Positions 17,105 to 25,676 are shown, counted from the stretch's first letter. The stretch: 32,000 nucleotides of DNA from Methanocaldococcus jannaschii DSM 2661 (GCF_000091665.1 NC_000909.1:1632971-1664970), one strand, 5' to 3'. Notes: a model not told the origin generated them from the sequence alone. A program made the numbers and translations.

Positions 17105-18225
17105 TATTCCACCAATGTCATCTTAATCCATCCTAATGGAGCAATAGCAGAGTTATTTTTGACATAAACTGTTTTTGTTGTTGGGAAATCTAAATAACTA
17201 TTTGCCTTTAACCATGCATTTTTTAAGTTCTTATTTCCACCACTTAGAGCGATAAACAAACTCTTTATTTTTCTAAAGTAAAGATGATTTTCGTCATTTT
17301 TCCATAATAAAGGATATACTGTTTTATTTAAAAAGCCCCCTCCAAATCCTAAGTTCAAATAGATTGCATCATCTTTGTTTATATCAGCTAAGAGTTTTTC
17401 ATAGGATTTTTCAACATAAACAGGATTGTTTTTCTTTAATTCAAATTCAACAACTGTTTTTGAAAAATTGTTACAGAGATTTTTTAATATGTCAAATTTC
17501 TTCTCATCATCTTTTGGATTGTAATTTGTTTTTAGTCTTTTATTGATATTTTTAAAAAATTCATCTTCAATTTTTATGTTTATTGAAAATGTTCCTTTTG
17601 TCATCCCTTCCATATTTATTGGAACATCAAATTTCTTTTTTCTATAATTCCATCTTTTTGTATGTATGAATTTAAATTCACCTTCTAAATTTAAACTATC
17701 TGAGATTTTAAGATATTTAAAGAAATCCTTTGGAATGTCTTTTGATATTGCATTTTTTTCTAATTCTTTTCCTTTATCGTGTAGTTTTATATTTCTATCG
17801 TCTAATATCTTTAGCAATTCAGGAAGGTTTTTATCATAATAGTTGAATATATAGGCTGTTCTTATAGCCCCTTTTATTGAACTTCCTGGAATATAATAGG
17901 TGTTATTTTGGTTAATAAATTTTTTAACTCTTGTTTTTTTATTGCTAAAAATCTCACTTTCTATCTTCCTAATAACATAATCATAAGGATTTAATCCAAC
18001 ACTTTCTAAAATATCTTTAGCTGTTAGATTTAACCTGTTGTTGTCTATATTTGAAACTATTAATCCACTTATATAATCAACCTTTTCCAAATCATCCAAA
18101 TCAGAAACTGCTTTTTCCAAATCAATTATATGAGCTAATCCATCTTCTATAAAATAATCTAATTGACTGTATTCCTCCCCACAACCAATGAAAATTGGAG
18201 TTATTAATTCACATTTAACTTCCAT
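17104..18225 (-). CDS. csm5: Type III-A RAMP subunit Csm5
   Basis: I trimmed the ORF-track entry (17104-18360) to ATG 18225 (MEVKCELITPIFIGCGEEYSQLDYF...), a typical Csm5 N-terminus. Glycine-rich RAMP motifs 'YIPGSSIKGAIRT' and 'LNLGFGGGF' are present. It overlaps the csm4 3' end by 11 nt. Confidence 0.85.
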   Translation of the reverse strand: MEVKCELITPIFIGCGEEYSQLDYFIEDGLAHIIDLEKAVSDLDDLEKVDYISGLIVSNIDNNRLNLTAKDILESVGLNPYDYVIRKIESEIFSNKKTRVKKFINQNNTYYIPGSSIKGAIRTAYIFNYYDKNLPELLKILDDRNIKLHDKGKELEKNAISKDIPKDFFKYLKISDSLNLEGEFKFIHTKRWNYRKKKFDVPINMEGMTKGTFSINIKIEDEFFKNINKRLKTNYNPKDDEKKFDILKNLCNNFSKTVVEFELKKNNPVYVEKSYEKLLADINKDDAIYLNLGFGGGFLNKTVYPLLWKNDENHLYFRKIKSLFIALSGGNKNLKNAWLKANSYLDFPTTKTVYVKNNSAIAPLGWIKMTLVE

Positions 18226-19345
18226 AGTTATCCCTCTTTGGATTAAATGGGAGTAATATTGGTTTTCCATGGGTATAGACCTTATGATTAAGTTTATTGT
18301 TGTTTTCATTATTCTTATTCTGCTCGTCATCATCATTTTGAGGGGATATGTCTTTAACATCCCCTATAAAGTCATTTTTCACAATTGAGCCCTCAGTTAA
18401 AGCTAAAATATTCCTTTTTGGCTTTGTTAAACATTCCAATGAGTATATATAGCCACCAATTTCAATTAATTTGTAATATTCAATATTTTTTATATCATCT
18501 TTATTAGGAATTCCAACTCCCAAGAGCATTTTATATTCTAGATTGTTGTATTTTGAATTTTCATCCAATATTTCATTAAAATCCTCTGGTAAATCAACTA
18601 TCTCAACCTTCTCAAAAAATCCTGCTCCAATACTTCTTTTTCCCCCTAAACCTTCATCTTCTATTAATTTTATTGATGCCTCTAATTTTTTGATAAATTC
18701 TTTATCTTCATTGTTGTAATCAATTAAGAAATAGAACTCAACATTTTCATTTAGTTTTATAAATTCGATGTTGTAGAGTTGCCCTTTGTCATCTTTTTCT
18801 AATGTAATGTCTTTTAACCTATCTATAGCAACTTTTTGCTCTAAATGTTTTGATATTAAGCTAATTTTTGCATGTTTAAGTTTCTCTGCTTTTATACCAA
18901 AAATTCTTTTTATTTCTTCAATTTCCTTTTCAGAAATAACAATGCTCTTATTTATTGTCTGATAATCAACAATATGCTTTATTTTATTCTTCCAATCCAA
19001 CTCATTATCTAATAATTCCTTATATGCCTTTATTGAGAAAAACTGAATTTTTTTAATGTCTTTTGGTTTAATTCCAGGATTTCCCTTTAATTTATAAAAT
19101 TCTGGATGTTCTGGTTTTGGAATTAGGTAGATGTTCTTTATTTTATACAATAGGGATGATAATCTAATATTCTTTATTTTTTCTATATTTTTCTCTAAAT
19201 CTTCCCTTCCATATAGCTTAATGTAATTATTCACTATTGCAGAAAACAAACTATTTGAATGAAAAATTTTACTGTTTCTTTCCAAACTTCCTTCCCCAAA
19301 ATGAAATTTACTGTTTATTTTTGGTTTCAATACAACCATTTTCAT
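18215..19345 (-). CDS. csm4: Type III-A RAMP subunit Csm4
   Basis: 376-codon ORF. It has the N-terminus 'LKPKINSKFHFGEG' and a G-rich loop 'EDEGLGGKRSIGAGFF', and its position follows csm3. An Asn/Asp-rich low-complexity segment lies near the C-terminus. Confidence 0.85.
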   Translation of the reverse strand: MKMVVLKPKINSKFHFGEGSLERNSKIFHSNSLFSAIVNNYIKLYGREDLEKNIEKIKNIRLSSLLYKIKNIYLIPKPEHPEFYKLKGNPGIKPKDIKKIQFFSIKAYKELLDNELDWKNKIKHIVDYQTINKSIVISEKEIEEIKRIFGIKAEKLKHAKISLISKHLEQKVAIDRLKDITLEKDDKGQLYNIEFIKLNENVEFYFLIDYNNEDKEFIKKLEASIKLIEDEGLGGKRSIGAGFFEKVEIVDLPEDFNEILDENSKYNNLEYKMLLGVGIPNKDDIKNIEYYKLIEIGGYIYSLECLTKPKRNILALTEGSIVKNDFIGDVKDISPQNDDDEQNKNNENNNKLNHKVYTHGKPILLPFNPKRDNYGS

Positions 19346-19396
19346 CTCTGCCCACCATAAAAAAGTTTAGTTAAAAATTAAAATTAATTAAAACTG

Positions 19397-20143
19397 TTAG
19401 TTAAAATTAATCCCTCCCCAAATTTTATCTAATTCACTTTCTAACTCGTTTAAACTTTCAACTTCATCAGACTCTTTTTTACTGTTTTCATTTCCTTCAT
19501 AATATTCTTTTGGCTTGCAGATAAGTTTTATATCCCTAAATTTTATCTTTCCATAACCTCTACTTCCTGAACCTCCTAAATAATCATCCTCTAACAACTT
19601 CATTCCTTCAATGAATTTTTTGATTAATTCTTTATCACTTTCTTTGTAAATGTTGAATACAACTTCAAATTTGAATTTACTTCCAGCTACAACTCTCTCC
19701 ATGTTTCTAATTCCTCCTTTTATAGTAGTTCCTTTTAATCTATCTATTGTATTCTCAACTTTAATCTCCAAATAGTCATAATCCTTCTTATTTTCCTCTG
19801 GTTGTAAGTATGCATCTCTAACTATAACCCTTACTGGTTCTTTAATATTTTTTGAGTCATGAGGACCAAATATTTTGCAAATTTCACATTCTCCACAATC
19901 GTGAGGTAGATAATTTCCCCTACCGTCTTCTTTATATTTTCCATCTTTCCTCTCCAATAATGCCCTAATCTTTCCCTTTAATGAACTACCAGGAATTAGG
20001 ATTCTTCCAAAAGCATCCCTAATAACTGGGTTGTCAGTTCCGCCAATTTTTAATGTTTCTTTTGTTCCCCCAATGTGCATCCCTGTCTCTAATTCAATAA
20101 TTCCCTCTAAGATAACTTTACCTTTTAATGTTAAGTTTTCCAT
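19397..20143 (-). CDS. csm3: Type III-A backbone RAMP / target-RNA-cleaving subunit Csm3
   Basis: 248-codon ORF. 'GMHIGG...NPVIRDAFGRILIPGSSLKGKIRALLE' contains the catalytic-Asp context and the RAMP motif. It also has 'LGGSGSRGYGKIKF' and a Cys/His knuckle 'HDCGECEICKIFGPH'. Confidence 0.9.
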   Translation of the reverse strand: MENLTLKGKVILEGIIELETGMHIGGTKETLKIGGTDNPVIRDAFGRILIPGSSLKGKIRALLERKDGKYKEDGRGNYLPHDCGECEICKIFGPHDSKNIKEPVRVIVRDAYLQPEENKKDYDYLEIKVENTIDRLKGTTIKGGIRNMERVVAGSKFKFEVVFNIYKESDKELIKKFIEGMKLLEDDYLGGSGSRGYGKIKFRDIKLICKPKEYYEGNENSKKESDEVESLNELESELDKIWGGINFN

Positions 20144-20169
20144 AACTTATCCCCCCAACTTATTTTATT

Positions 20170-20571
20170 TTATTGTGATTTTGCATAGATTTTGTGATAA
20201 GCAACCAATGCCTCAAAGAATGTCTTGAAGTTTTTAAATTTATTCAAATCATTATCTATTTTGTCGATAATCTCACTAAATGTCCCAGCTAATTTTTCCA
20301 ATGCTTCTTTCTTTCTTCTATTTGTCTCTTTTCCGTAATTATAGGCTAATTTTGGTTTTAATAAAACCAGTTCTTTATACCAGTTTTCATTTTTTTCATC
20401 AATTCTTAGAACGTAGTCATAAAAGTCTCTCATCTTTGTAGCAGGAATTTGCTCAAACTCTTTGGCTAAATTTTCAGCAATGTCTATAATCTCATTTGCA
20501 TTCTGGCTGTTAATATTTAGTATTAAATTGATTTCATTAGGATTTAAGATGCATTTTCCAATTTTTGACAT
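20170..20571 (-). CDS. csm2: Type III-A small subunit Csm2
   Basis: 133-codon all-helical ORF. It has '[10 protein letters not shown]', the conserved Csm2 helix, and sits between cas10 and csm3. Confidence 0.85.
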
Positions 20572-20888
20572 TATTTCACCCCTCTTTTTTTCAACTCAAC
20601 AATCTTAGCAGAAACTTTTAAATCATTAAAGCTGAGTTTGACATTTGAAGAAAACATCTTTTTAACCTTCTCTCTAACATAATCTTCTAAGAATTTAACA
20701 TACTCCATTTCTTTACCTTTGTAGTTTCTATGTAGGTAGTAAATTACTCTCCAATAGTATGGGAGGTTTATAATTATCTCATCATCTTTCTTAATTACAT
20801 ACTCTAACCTCCCTCCAGTTATTTGAGCTATATGTAGGATTCTTTTCTTATTTGTCTCTTCAATTGCTTTTTCAAATTCTTCTCCAAA
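20571..20888 (-). CDS. cas10: Cas10 C-terminal (D4-like helical) segment in the -1 frame relative to the 800-codon cas10 ORF
   Basis: My codon-by-codon translation gives 105 sense codons: [105 protein letters not shown], then stop. There is no ATG/GTG/TTG in the first 60 codons. The frame overlaps the last 19 codons of cas10. Its TAA overlaps the csm2 ATG (TAATG at 20569-20573). Confidence 0.6.
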
Positions 20889-23230
20889 TCATCCTCATTA
20901 AATTTTTTAACTAAACTTTCTAATTCTACCATTTCTTTATTAATTCCTTCTAAATATGACTTTAATTTAGTCCAGCAGTATTCATTATATTCAACTTCTA
21001 AATCCCAGTTCATTGGACAATTAAAGACCGTTAAAGCGTTTTTATCTACTTTTTTCTCAGTTTCCTCATCTTCGTATATGATATAGTTTTTACCATTCTC
21101 TAATTCTTCTTCAGCCATATTTACAGCCTTTTTAAACTCAAACTTTGGATTAACAAACACTATTCCAGCACTTAGGGTTATATAAGGATTATAGCACACG
21201 AATTTTTTAAAGTCCCCTCTAATTCTCTTAGCTAACTCCCAAACAGCATCCCATGCTCCAACAATTAAAGTATCATCTCCTCCAGCATATACTAAGTAAA
21301 TATTATCCTTAAACTTGTATTTTTTCCCATTAACTTCAAATTCTTCATTTTTAATTAAATGAGGAATATAGCCAGTGAAGAATAAAGTTAGCATAGAACT
21401 TAATGTGCTCATTCTTGAGATTGTTGCATCATTTCCCAAACCAGTGGTGAATATTTCTCCTAAATTATCAACGTCCATTTTTAGTATTCCAATTTTTCTT
21501 GTTCCAGTTCTTTCAAAAGCTTTTTCAGCTAATCCATCAAAATCTAATATTCTTTTTTCAGTTTCATTTTCAATTATAGGGAATGCAATTGCCCAGATTT
21601 TGTATGGAATTATTAATTCTCCAGAGTCGTGAGGGAGTTTGTATTCTTTTAAGAAATAATTTTCATCAGATAAAACTCTAAATTTGCTTTCTAATTTTTC
21701 TATTGCCTTAACCGTTAAGAAACTAAATTCTTCTCTTTGAAGTGAGAGATTGTCCTTATTTTTAGTTAAATGAATAATTGGATATGCTTTGTTAAATTTT
21801 ATTGTTTTTTCCATTTGGAAATTTTTTAATATATCAGTTAAAGCTACGAATGAAGCACAATAGTCACATATTCTCTCGGATTTACTTTCATTTTCACGTA
21901 TTGCATAACCTTTTTCATTTTTATCAAACTCATTCCTACAAATTACACACCTATTTTCACTCCCCCTATTGTATGGCTCAAATAATCCCTCCAATTTATA
22001 TTCAAACCTTCTAAGTTTCTTTTCAACTGTCTTTTCAGAAACTTCTTTCCATTTTTTAGCAAATCCCCATGTTTTTTCTTTTGACTCCTTATCTTCAGAT
22101 TTTTTAAAGTCATTTGGGGTTACACCAACCTCTGCAATTGTAATATATATTTTAGTTCTAAACATATTGAACAGTACTTCATTAATTTCTTTTTCTAACT
22201 TATTTATCAAGTTTTCATCAACTTTATAGCTTAAAATGTAGAAATGCCCTCCTCCATAGAATAAAATATTGGTAATTGGAAGATTTAATTCTTTACAAAT
22301 GTATTTTGCAAAGTATTCAGTTAAAAAGTCCAGATAAAAGCTTCTTCCCTTTAATGACTTTGTGGCATACTTTGTTGTTATTGTGAATACAAAGTCTTGA
22401 ATTCCAGACAAATCTCCATGAATTAATGAGAATATTTCTTTATTCCAGCCATTATCGTTGTTAAAGAGTTTTTCTAATGTTTTATCATCAATATATTCTT
22501 TAGCATATTTGTTTTTCTTCTTGTTTTCTTTAACATACATCTGATAGAGACAGCAGGCAATTGCACAGGTTGTTTTTGAGTGGTCAAATAGTGAAACATC
22601 TGGCAAACCACCTTTTAAACTTCCAGCTTTTTTCCACATCGTTACTGAAGGAATACACCACGTATATTTTTGCATTAGTTGATAGAGTTCTTCAAATGAA
22701 ACATCTCCTTTGAAATCCTTAATTTCATCCTCAAATTTACTAAATAACTCTTTATAATTTTCATTTGGATATGGTTTGTCTGTAAATATAGCATCAGAGA
22801 CATTTAGTGGTTTTAAAGAGTATTTAAATCCATTTTTATAAAGATTTTCAGTTAATTCTCCAATACACACTGTTTCAAATATTGAAAGTAATTTTTGTTC
22901 TTCAGTATTTAAAACCTCAACATTTTCTGGGTCTCCTTTTGGTTCTCTTCTTTCCCCACTACTGAGCCAGTCAGCCAATCTAACAATTCCAATTAAATCA
23001 TCTTTAATTTTTTGGTTATGGTGTTCTTTAACAATTTCCAATATTTTATCCTTTGTTTTTTCATCTAAATGGTTTAAAAATCCATTCTTAAACTTCTCTT
23101 TTAAAAATTCATAACCAAATTTATCATGTCCTTTAGATTTTGGTTTATCACTGGCTCTTTGAATAAACTTTCCAATATCGTGCAATAAAGCCCCAATTTT
23201 TAAGGCAGTGTATTCATTACAATTTCCCAT
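20828..23230 (-). CDS. cas10: Cas10/Csm1 large subunit (HD nuclease + two Palm/cyclase domains). The frame ends prematurely.
   Basis: 800-codon ORF. The HD motif 'LLHDIGKF' has H17-D18 at 23177-23182. Palm1 is 'HGDLSGIQDFVF'. The Zn-finger is 'CVICRNEF...CDYCASF'. Palm2 is 'KMDVDNLG' plus 'YAGGDD' (GGDD at 21272-21283). An RBS 'gggggat' lies upstream. Confidence 0.93.
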   Translation of the reverse strand: MGNCNEYTALKIGALLHDIGKFIQRASDKPKSKGHDKFGYEFLKEKFKNGFLNHLDEKTKDKILEIVKEHHNQKIKDDLIGIVRLADWLSSGERREPKGDPENVEVLNTEEQKLLSIFETVCIGELTENLYKNGFKYSLKPLNVSDAIFTDKPYPNENYKELFSKFEDEIKDFKGDVSFEELYQLMQKYTWCIPSVTMWKKAGSLKGGLPDVSLFDHSKTTCAIACCLYQMYVKENKKKNKYAKEYIDDKTLEKLFNNDNGWNKEIFSLIHGDLSGIQDFVFTITTKYATKSLKGRSFYLDFLTEYFAKYICKELNLPITNILFYGGGHFYILSYKVDENLINKLEKEINEVLFNMFRTKIYITIAEVGVTPNDFKKSEDKESKEKTWGFAKKWKEVSEKTVEKKLRRFEYKLEGLFEPYNRGSENRCVICRNEFDKNEKGYAIRENESKSERICDYCASFVALTDILKNFQMEKTIKFNKAYPIIHLTKNKDNLSLQREEFSFLTVKAIEKLESKFRVLSDENYFLKEYKLPHDSGELIIPYKIWAIAFPIIENETEKRILDFDGLAEKAFERTGTRKIGILKMDVDNLGEIFTTGLGNDATISRMSTLSSMLTLFFTGYIPHLIKNEEFEVNGKKYKFKDNIYLVYAGGDDTLIVGAWDAVWELAKRIRGDFKKFVCYNPYITLSAGIVFVNPKFEFKKAVNMAEEELENGKNYIIYEDEETEKKVDKNALTVFNCPMNWDLEVEYNEYCWTKLKSYLEGINKEMVELESLVKKFNEDDLEKNLKKQLKRQIRKESYI

Positions 23231-23264
23231 CTAAATCCCCCAACTTTACATTTCTAAACCAACA

Positions 23265-23654
23265 CTAATATGGATTATATTTTCTAAATCTACAATGTTT
23301 AAATTTTCTAATGGTAATTATTTTTCCGTCCTTATATATATCTTTTGCGATTCGTTTTGTAGTTGAATATATAGGAATTAAGTTTTTATCAATTGCAAAA
23401 TTTACCATTTTATATGTAGCACCAAAATCCCCTTGAATTAAAACATAATCATTTGGTTTAGCATGTTTTTCTAAGAACTCTTTTATTGGTTTTAAGTAAT
23501 TATCAATATCATCAACATCAGGCGGAATGTTAGACCACAACTCTTGAAGTTCTTTAGGTAAGTAAATAAATTCATCAACTTTCAGATTTTTCCTTGCATC
23601 ATTAATTTGGTCATCTGTAAGTTTATGAGAAAATAATAAAAACATTTTAGGCAT
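23265..23654 (-). CDS. Small uncharacterised type III-associated protein (predicted alpha/beta, Rossmann-like)
   Basis: 129-codon ORF. A strong RBS (aaggtga) is embedded in the end of the upstream gene, and the gap to that gene is only 4 nt. The alternating beta/alpha pattern is MFLLFSH / FIYLP / YVLIQGDFGATY / IPIYSTT. I recognise no catalytic motif. Confidence 0.6.
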   Translation of the reverse strand: MPKMFLLFSHKLTDDQINDARKNLKVDEFIYLPKELQELWSNIPPDVDDIDNYLKPIKEFLEKHAKPNDYVLIQGDFGATYKMVNFAIDKNLIPIYSTTKRIAKDIYKDGKIITIRKFKHCRFRKYNPY

Positions 23655-23658
23655 GATT

Positions 23659-25563
23659 TCACCTTCTATTATTTTTATAACTTCTATATCTGATTATTAT
23701 CAAATTTAGAGGAACACTATCTTTTATTTCTGACAAATCACTGTTTAACAGTCTTATTATATTTTTAGATGCTTCAAGTATCTCATTAGACATAGGTTTA
23801 TCCTTATTTTTGAATATTTTGTGGTAGTTGTTATTTATCTCCTTCAAAATTGGATGCTTTGAACATAGATTTTGATTTAACAAAACCCATTTAATTGCCT
23901 CTTTATCTTCCTTATTTTTGATATTATAAGCATTTGAAAGTTTGAAGAGGGCATAATGCATGATTGCATTTTGTAATGCTAAACTATCCAACAATTCCTC
24001 ATCTTCTGTATTTTTTACAAAATTAAATGCTTCCTCCAATTCACCAGCATCCTCTATGTTTTTGTGGAATATCTCGATGATTTCTCTTAATTTTTCATTA
24101 TTGCATTTATTATTCTTATTTAAGAGATAACCACTAACAAAATCCCAGTATATTTCATTGCTCTCAAAATTATATGCTTTAATAATCTTTCTAATTATTT
24201 GTATATTCAAAATATTTTTTAACAATTTAAGTGTTTTATTATTTTGGTTATTTTTAACATCTAATAGTAAATCCTCGATTATCTTATCAAAATCAGGTAG
24301 ATTGACATTTTTCAGTAAATTGACAACATCCTCTAAATCATTTTCAGGATTGAAATCATCTCCCTTTTTACTAACATCTGCATGGGCAATTTTGTTTCTT
24401 ATGTTCCTTAATCTTTTGTAATGCATATCTTTAATAGACCCAAACGCAGAATATTTTTTATTCAAGGATGGATTGTATATTATTCCCTTCATAACCTCCC
24501 TATTTTTATAAACAGACGGTAAATTATAAAGCTCACATAATTTCCAAAATATTGAATCAGTTAAACATAAATAGCCAGAGCTGTATTTTTTATTATCAAA
24601 GTTCCATTTTGCCATAGATATTTGGAACTCAAAATCTGAATCTTCATATTTTAATTTATCAATAAATTTATGCAACTCAGGAATGAAATATTTTAAAAAC
24701 CTTCCCGTATCTTTTTTCTCATTTAACAGTGGTTTTAGAGTTTTAACTTCCTCTCTCAACTCTTTTAAATAATTAGCATCAATGTATCTTGAGATTTTCT
24801 GTAGTTTTTCGGCTATCTCTTTATCTTCATTTTCTAAAAGTTTTGAGATTAAGTAACTGTTTCCATAAGTGGTGAATTCATACATTCCTCTAATCCACTC
24901 TGATATTTCAAATATCGGGCTTAAATCAACAACTGGTGCATGTCCCAATTCACGGATTACATCTAACATTCCATAGTAGATTCCCTTTAACTTTACATTT
25001 TTAAAATACCTCATAAACTCCAACATAACATACATAAATAATGGAATAGACCTAAATGAATGAGTTATGTCCAAATAAATCTCATCTCCATCATTTACTT
25101 CATTTATTAAACTCATAAATAAATCAAAATTCTCCCAAATCTCATCCTTATCAATTCCATACTTTATAATCTTGCATTTAGAACCTCCAACAGCATTTGG
25201 ATTAATTTTTTTCAAATATTTATCAATAACCTTCTCTATTTTCTTCAAATCTTCTTCTGAAAGAGCATAGTTATCATATTTTGACATTCCAACTTTCTTC
25301 CCAATTTCAATCCAATATTCTTCGTCAAATTCTCCAACTTCCTTGGCATAATATTCATATAATTTTTCCCACATTGATTTTGCAGTTCCAACAACAATAA
25401 CTTTATCAACCTTCAACTTTTCAATTAAAACTGACAAAACAAATGGGCTTTCAATACCATCGATATCTCCTTCAAATTTATACTCTGCTGTTTTATATTG
25501 CCTTTTATAAACATCAGTATTTGTATCTCCAACGCCTAAAGGGGAGATGAGGACTTTCAACAT
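23659..25563 (-). CDS. Large CRISPR-associated CARF/HEPN protein (DxTHG-like) with a long C-terminal extension
   Basis: 634-codon ORF and first gene of the operon. The N-terminus 'MLKVLISPLGVG' plus 'YLDITHSFRSIP' form a CARF/DxTHG-like region (aa ~1-230). The HEPN R-x4-H motif 'RLRNIRNKIAHAD' is at aa 384-396 (R389/H394; the RNIRNKIAH stretch maps to 24382-24408). About 240 more residues follow the HEPN motif. Confidence 0.75.
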   Translation of the reverse strand: MLKVLISPLGVGDTNTDVYKRQYKTAEYKFEGDIDGIESPFVLSVLIEKLKVDKVIVVGTAKSMWEKLYEYYAKEVGEFDEEYWIEIGKKVGMSKYDNYALSEEDLKKIEKVIDKYLKKINPNAVGGSKCKIIKYGIDKDEIWENFDLFMSLINEVNDGDEIYLDITHSFRSIPLFMYVMLEFMRYFKNVKLKGIYYGMLDVIRELGHAPVVDLSPIFEISEWIRGMYEFTTYGNSYLISKLLENEDKEIAEKLQKISRYIDANYLKELREEVKTLKPLLNEKKDTGRFLKYFIPELHKFIDKLKYEDSDFEFQISMAKWNFDNKKYSSGYLCLTDSIFWKLCELYNLPSVYKNREVMKGIIYNPSLNKKYSAFGSIKDMHYKRLRNIRNKIAHADVSKKGDDFNPENDLEDVVNLLKNVNLPDFDKIIEDLLLDVKNNQNNKTLKLLKNILNIQIIRKIIKAYNFESNEIYWDFVSGYLLNKNNKCNNEKLREIIEIFHKNIEDAGELEEAFNFVKNTEDEELLDSLALQNAIMHYALFKLSNAYNIKNKEDKEAIKWVLLNQNLCSKHPILKEINNNYHKIFKNKDKPMSNEILEASKNIIRLLNSDLSEIKDSVPLNLIIIRYRSYKNNRR

Positions 25564-25676
25564 TTCACCTCAAAAATTTGTGGAACCTTAAAAATAATAA
25601 AAAAGTCATATAAATAGTTTTTTATTTTGTAAATTTGAAAATATACAAATATGAATTAATTTTAAGGTGGTAATTT
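25564..25676. promoter_or_regulatory. Divergent promoter spacer between the csm operon and truA
   Basis: 113-bp AT-rich spacer between divergently oriented first genes. It contains TATA-like runs (e.g. 'aaaaataataaaaaa', 'tttttatttt', 'aaatatacaaatat') and an RBS 'aaggtgg' before the truA ATG. No transcription start is determinable from sequence alone. Confidence 0.3.

Noticed and set aside
18226-18360. 45-codon N-terminal extension of csm5 in the ORF track (MLKTYPLKMMMTSRIRIMK...)
   Set aside because: It overlaps 146 nt of the csm4 3' end in another frame and has a low-complexity composition. The typical Csm5 N-terminus (MEVKCELITPIFIGCGEE) begins at ATG 18225.
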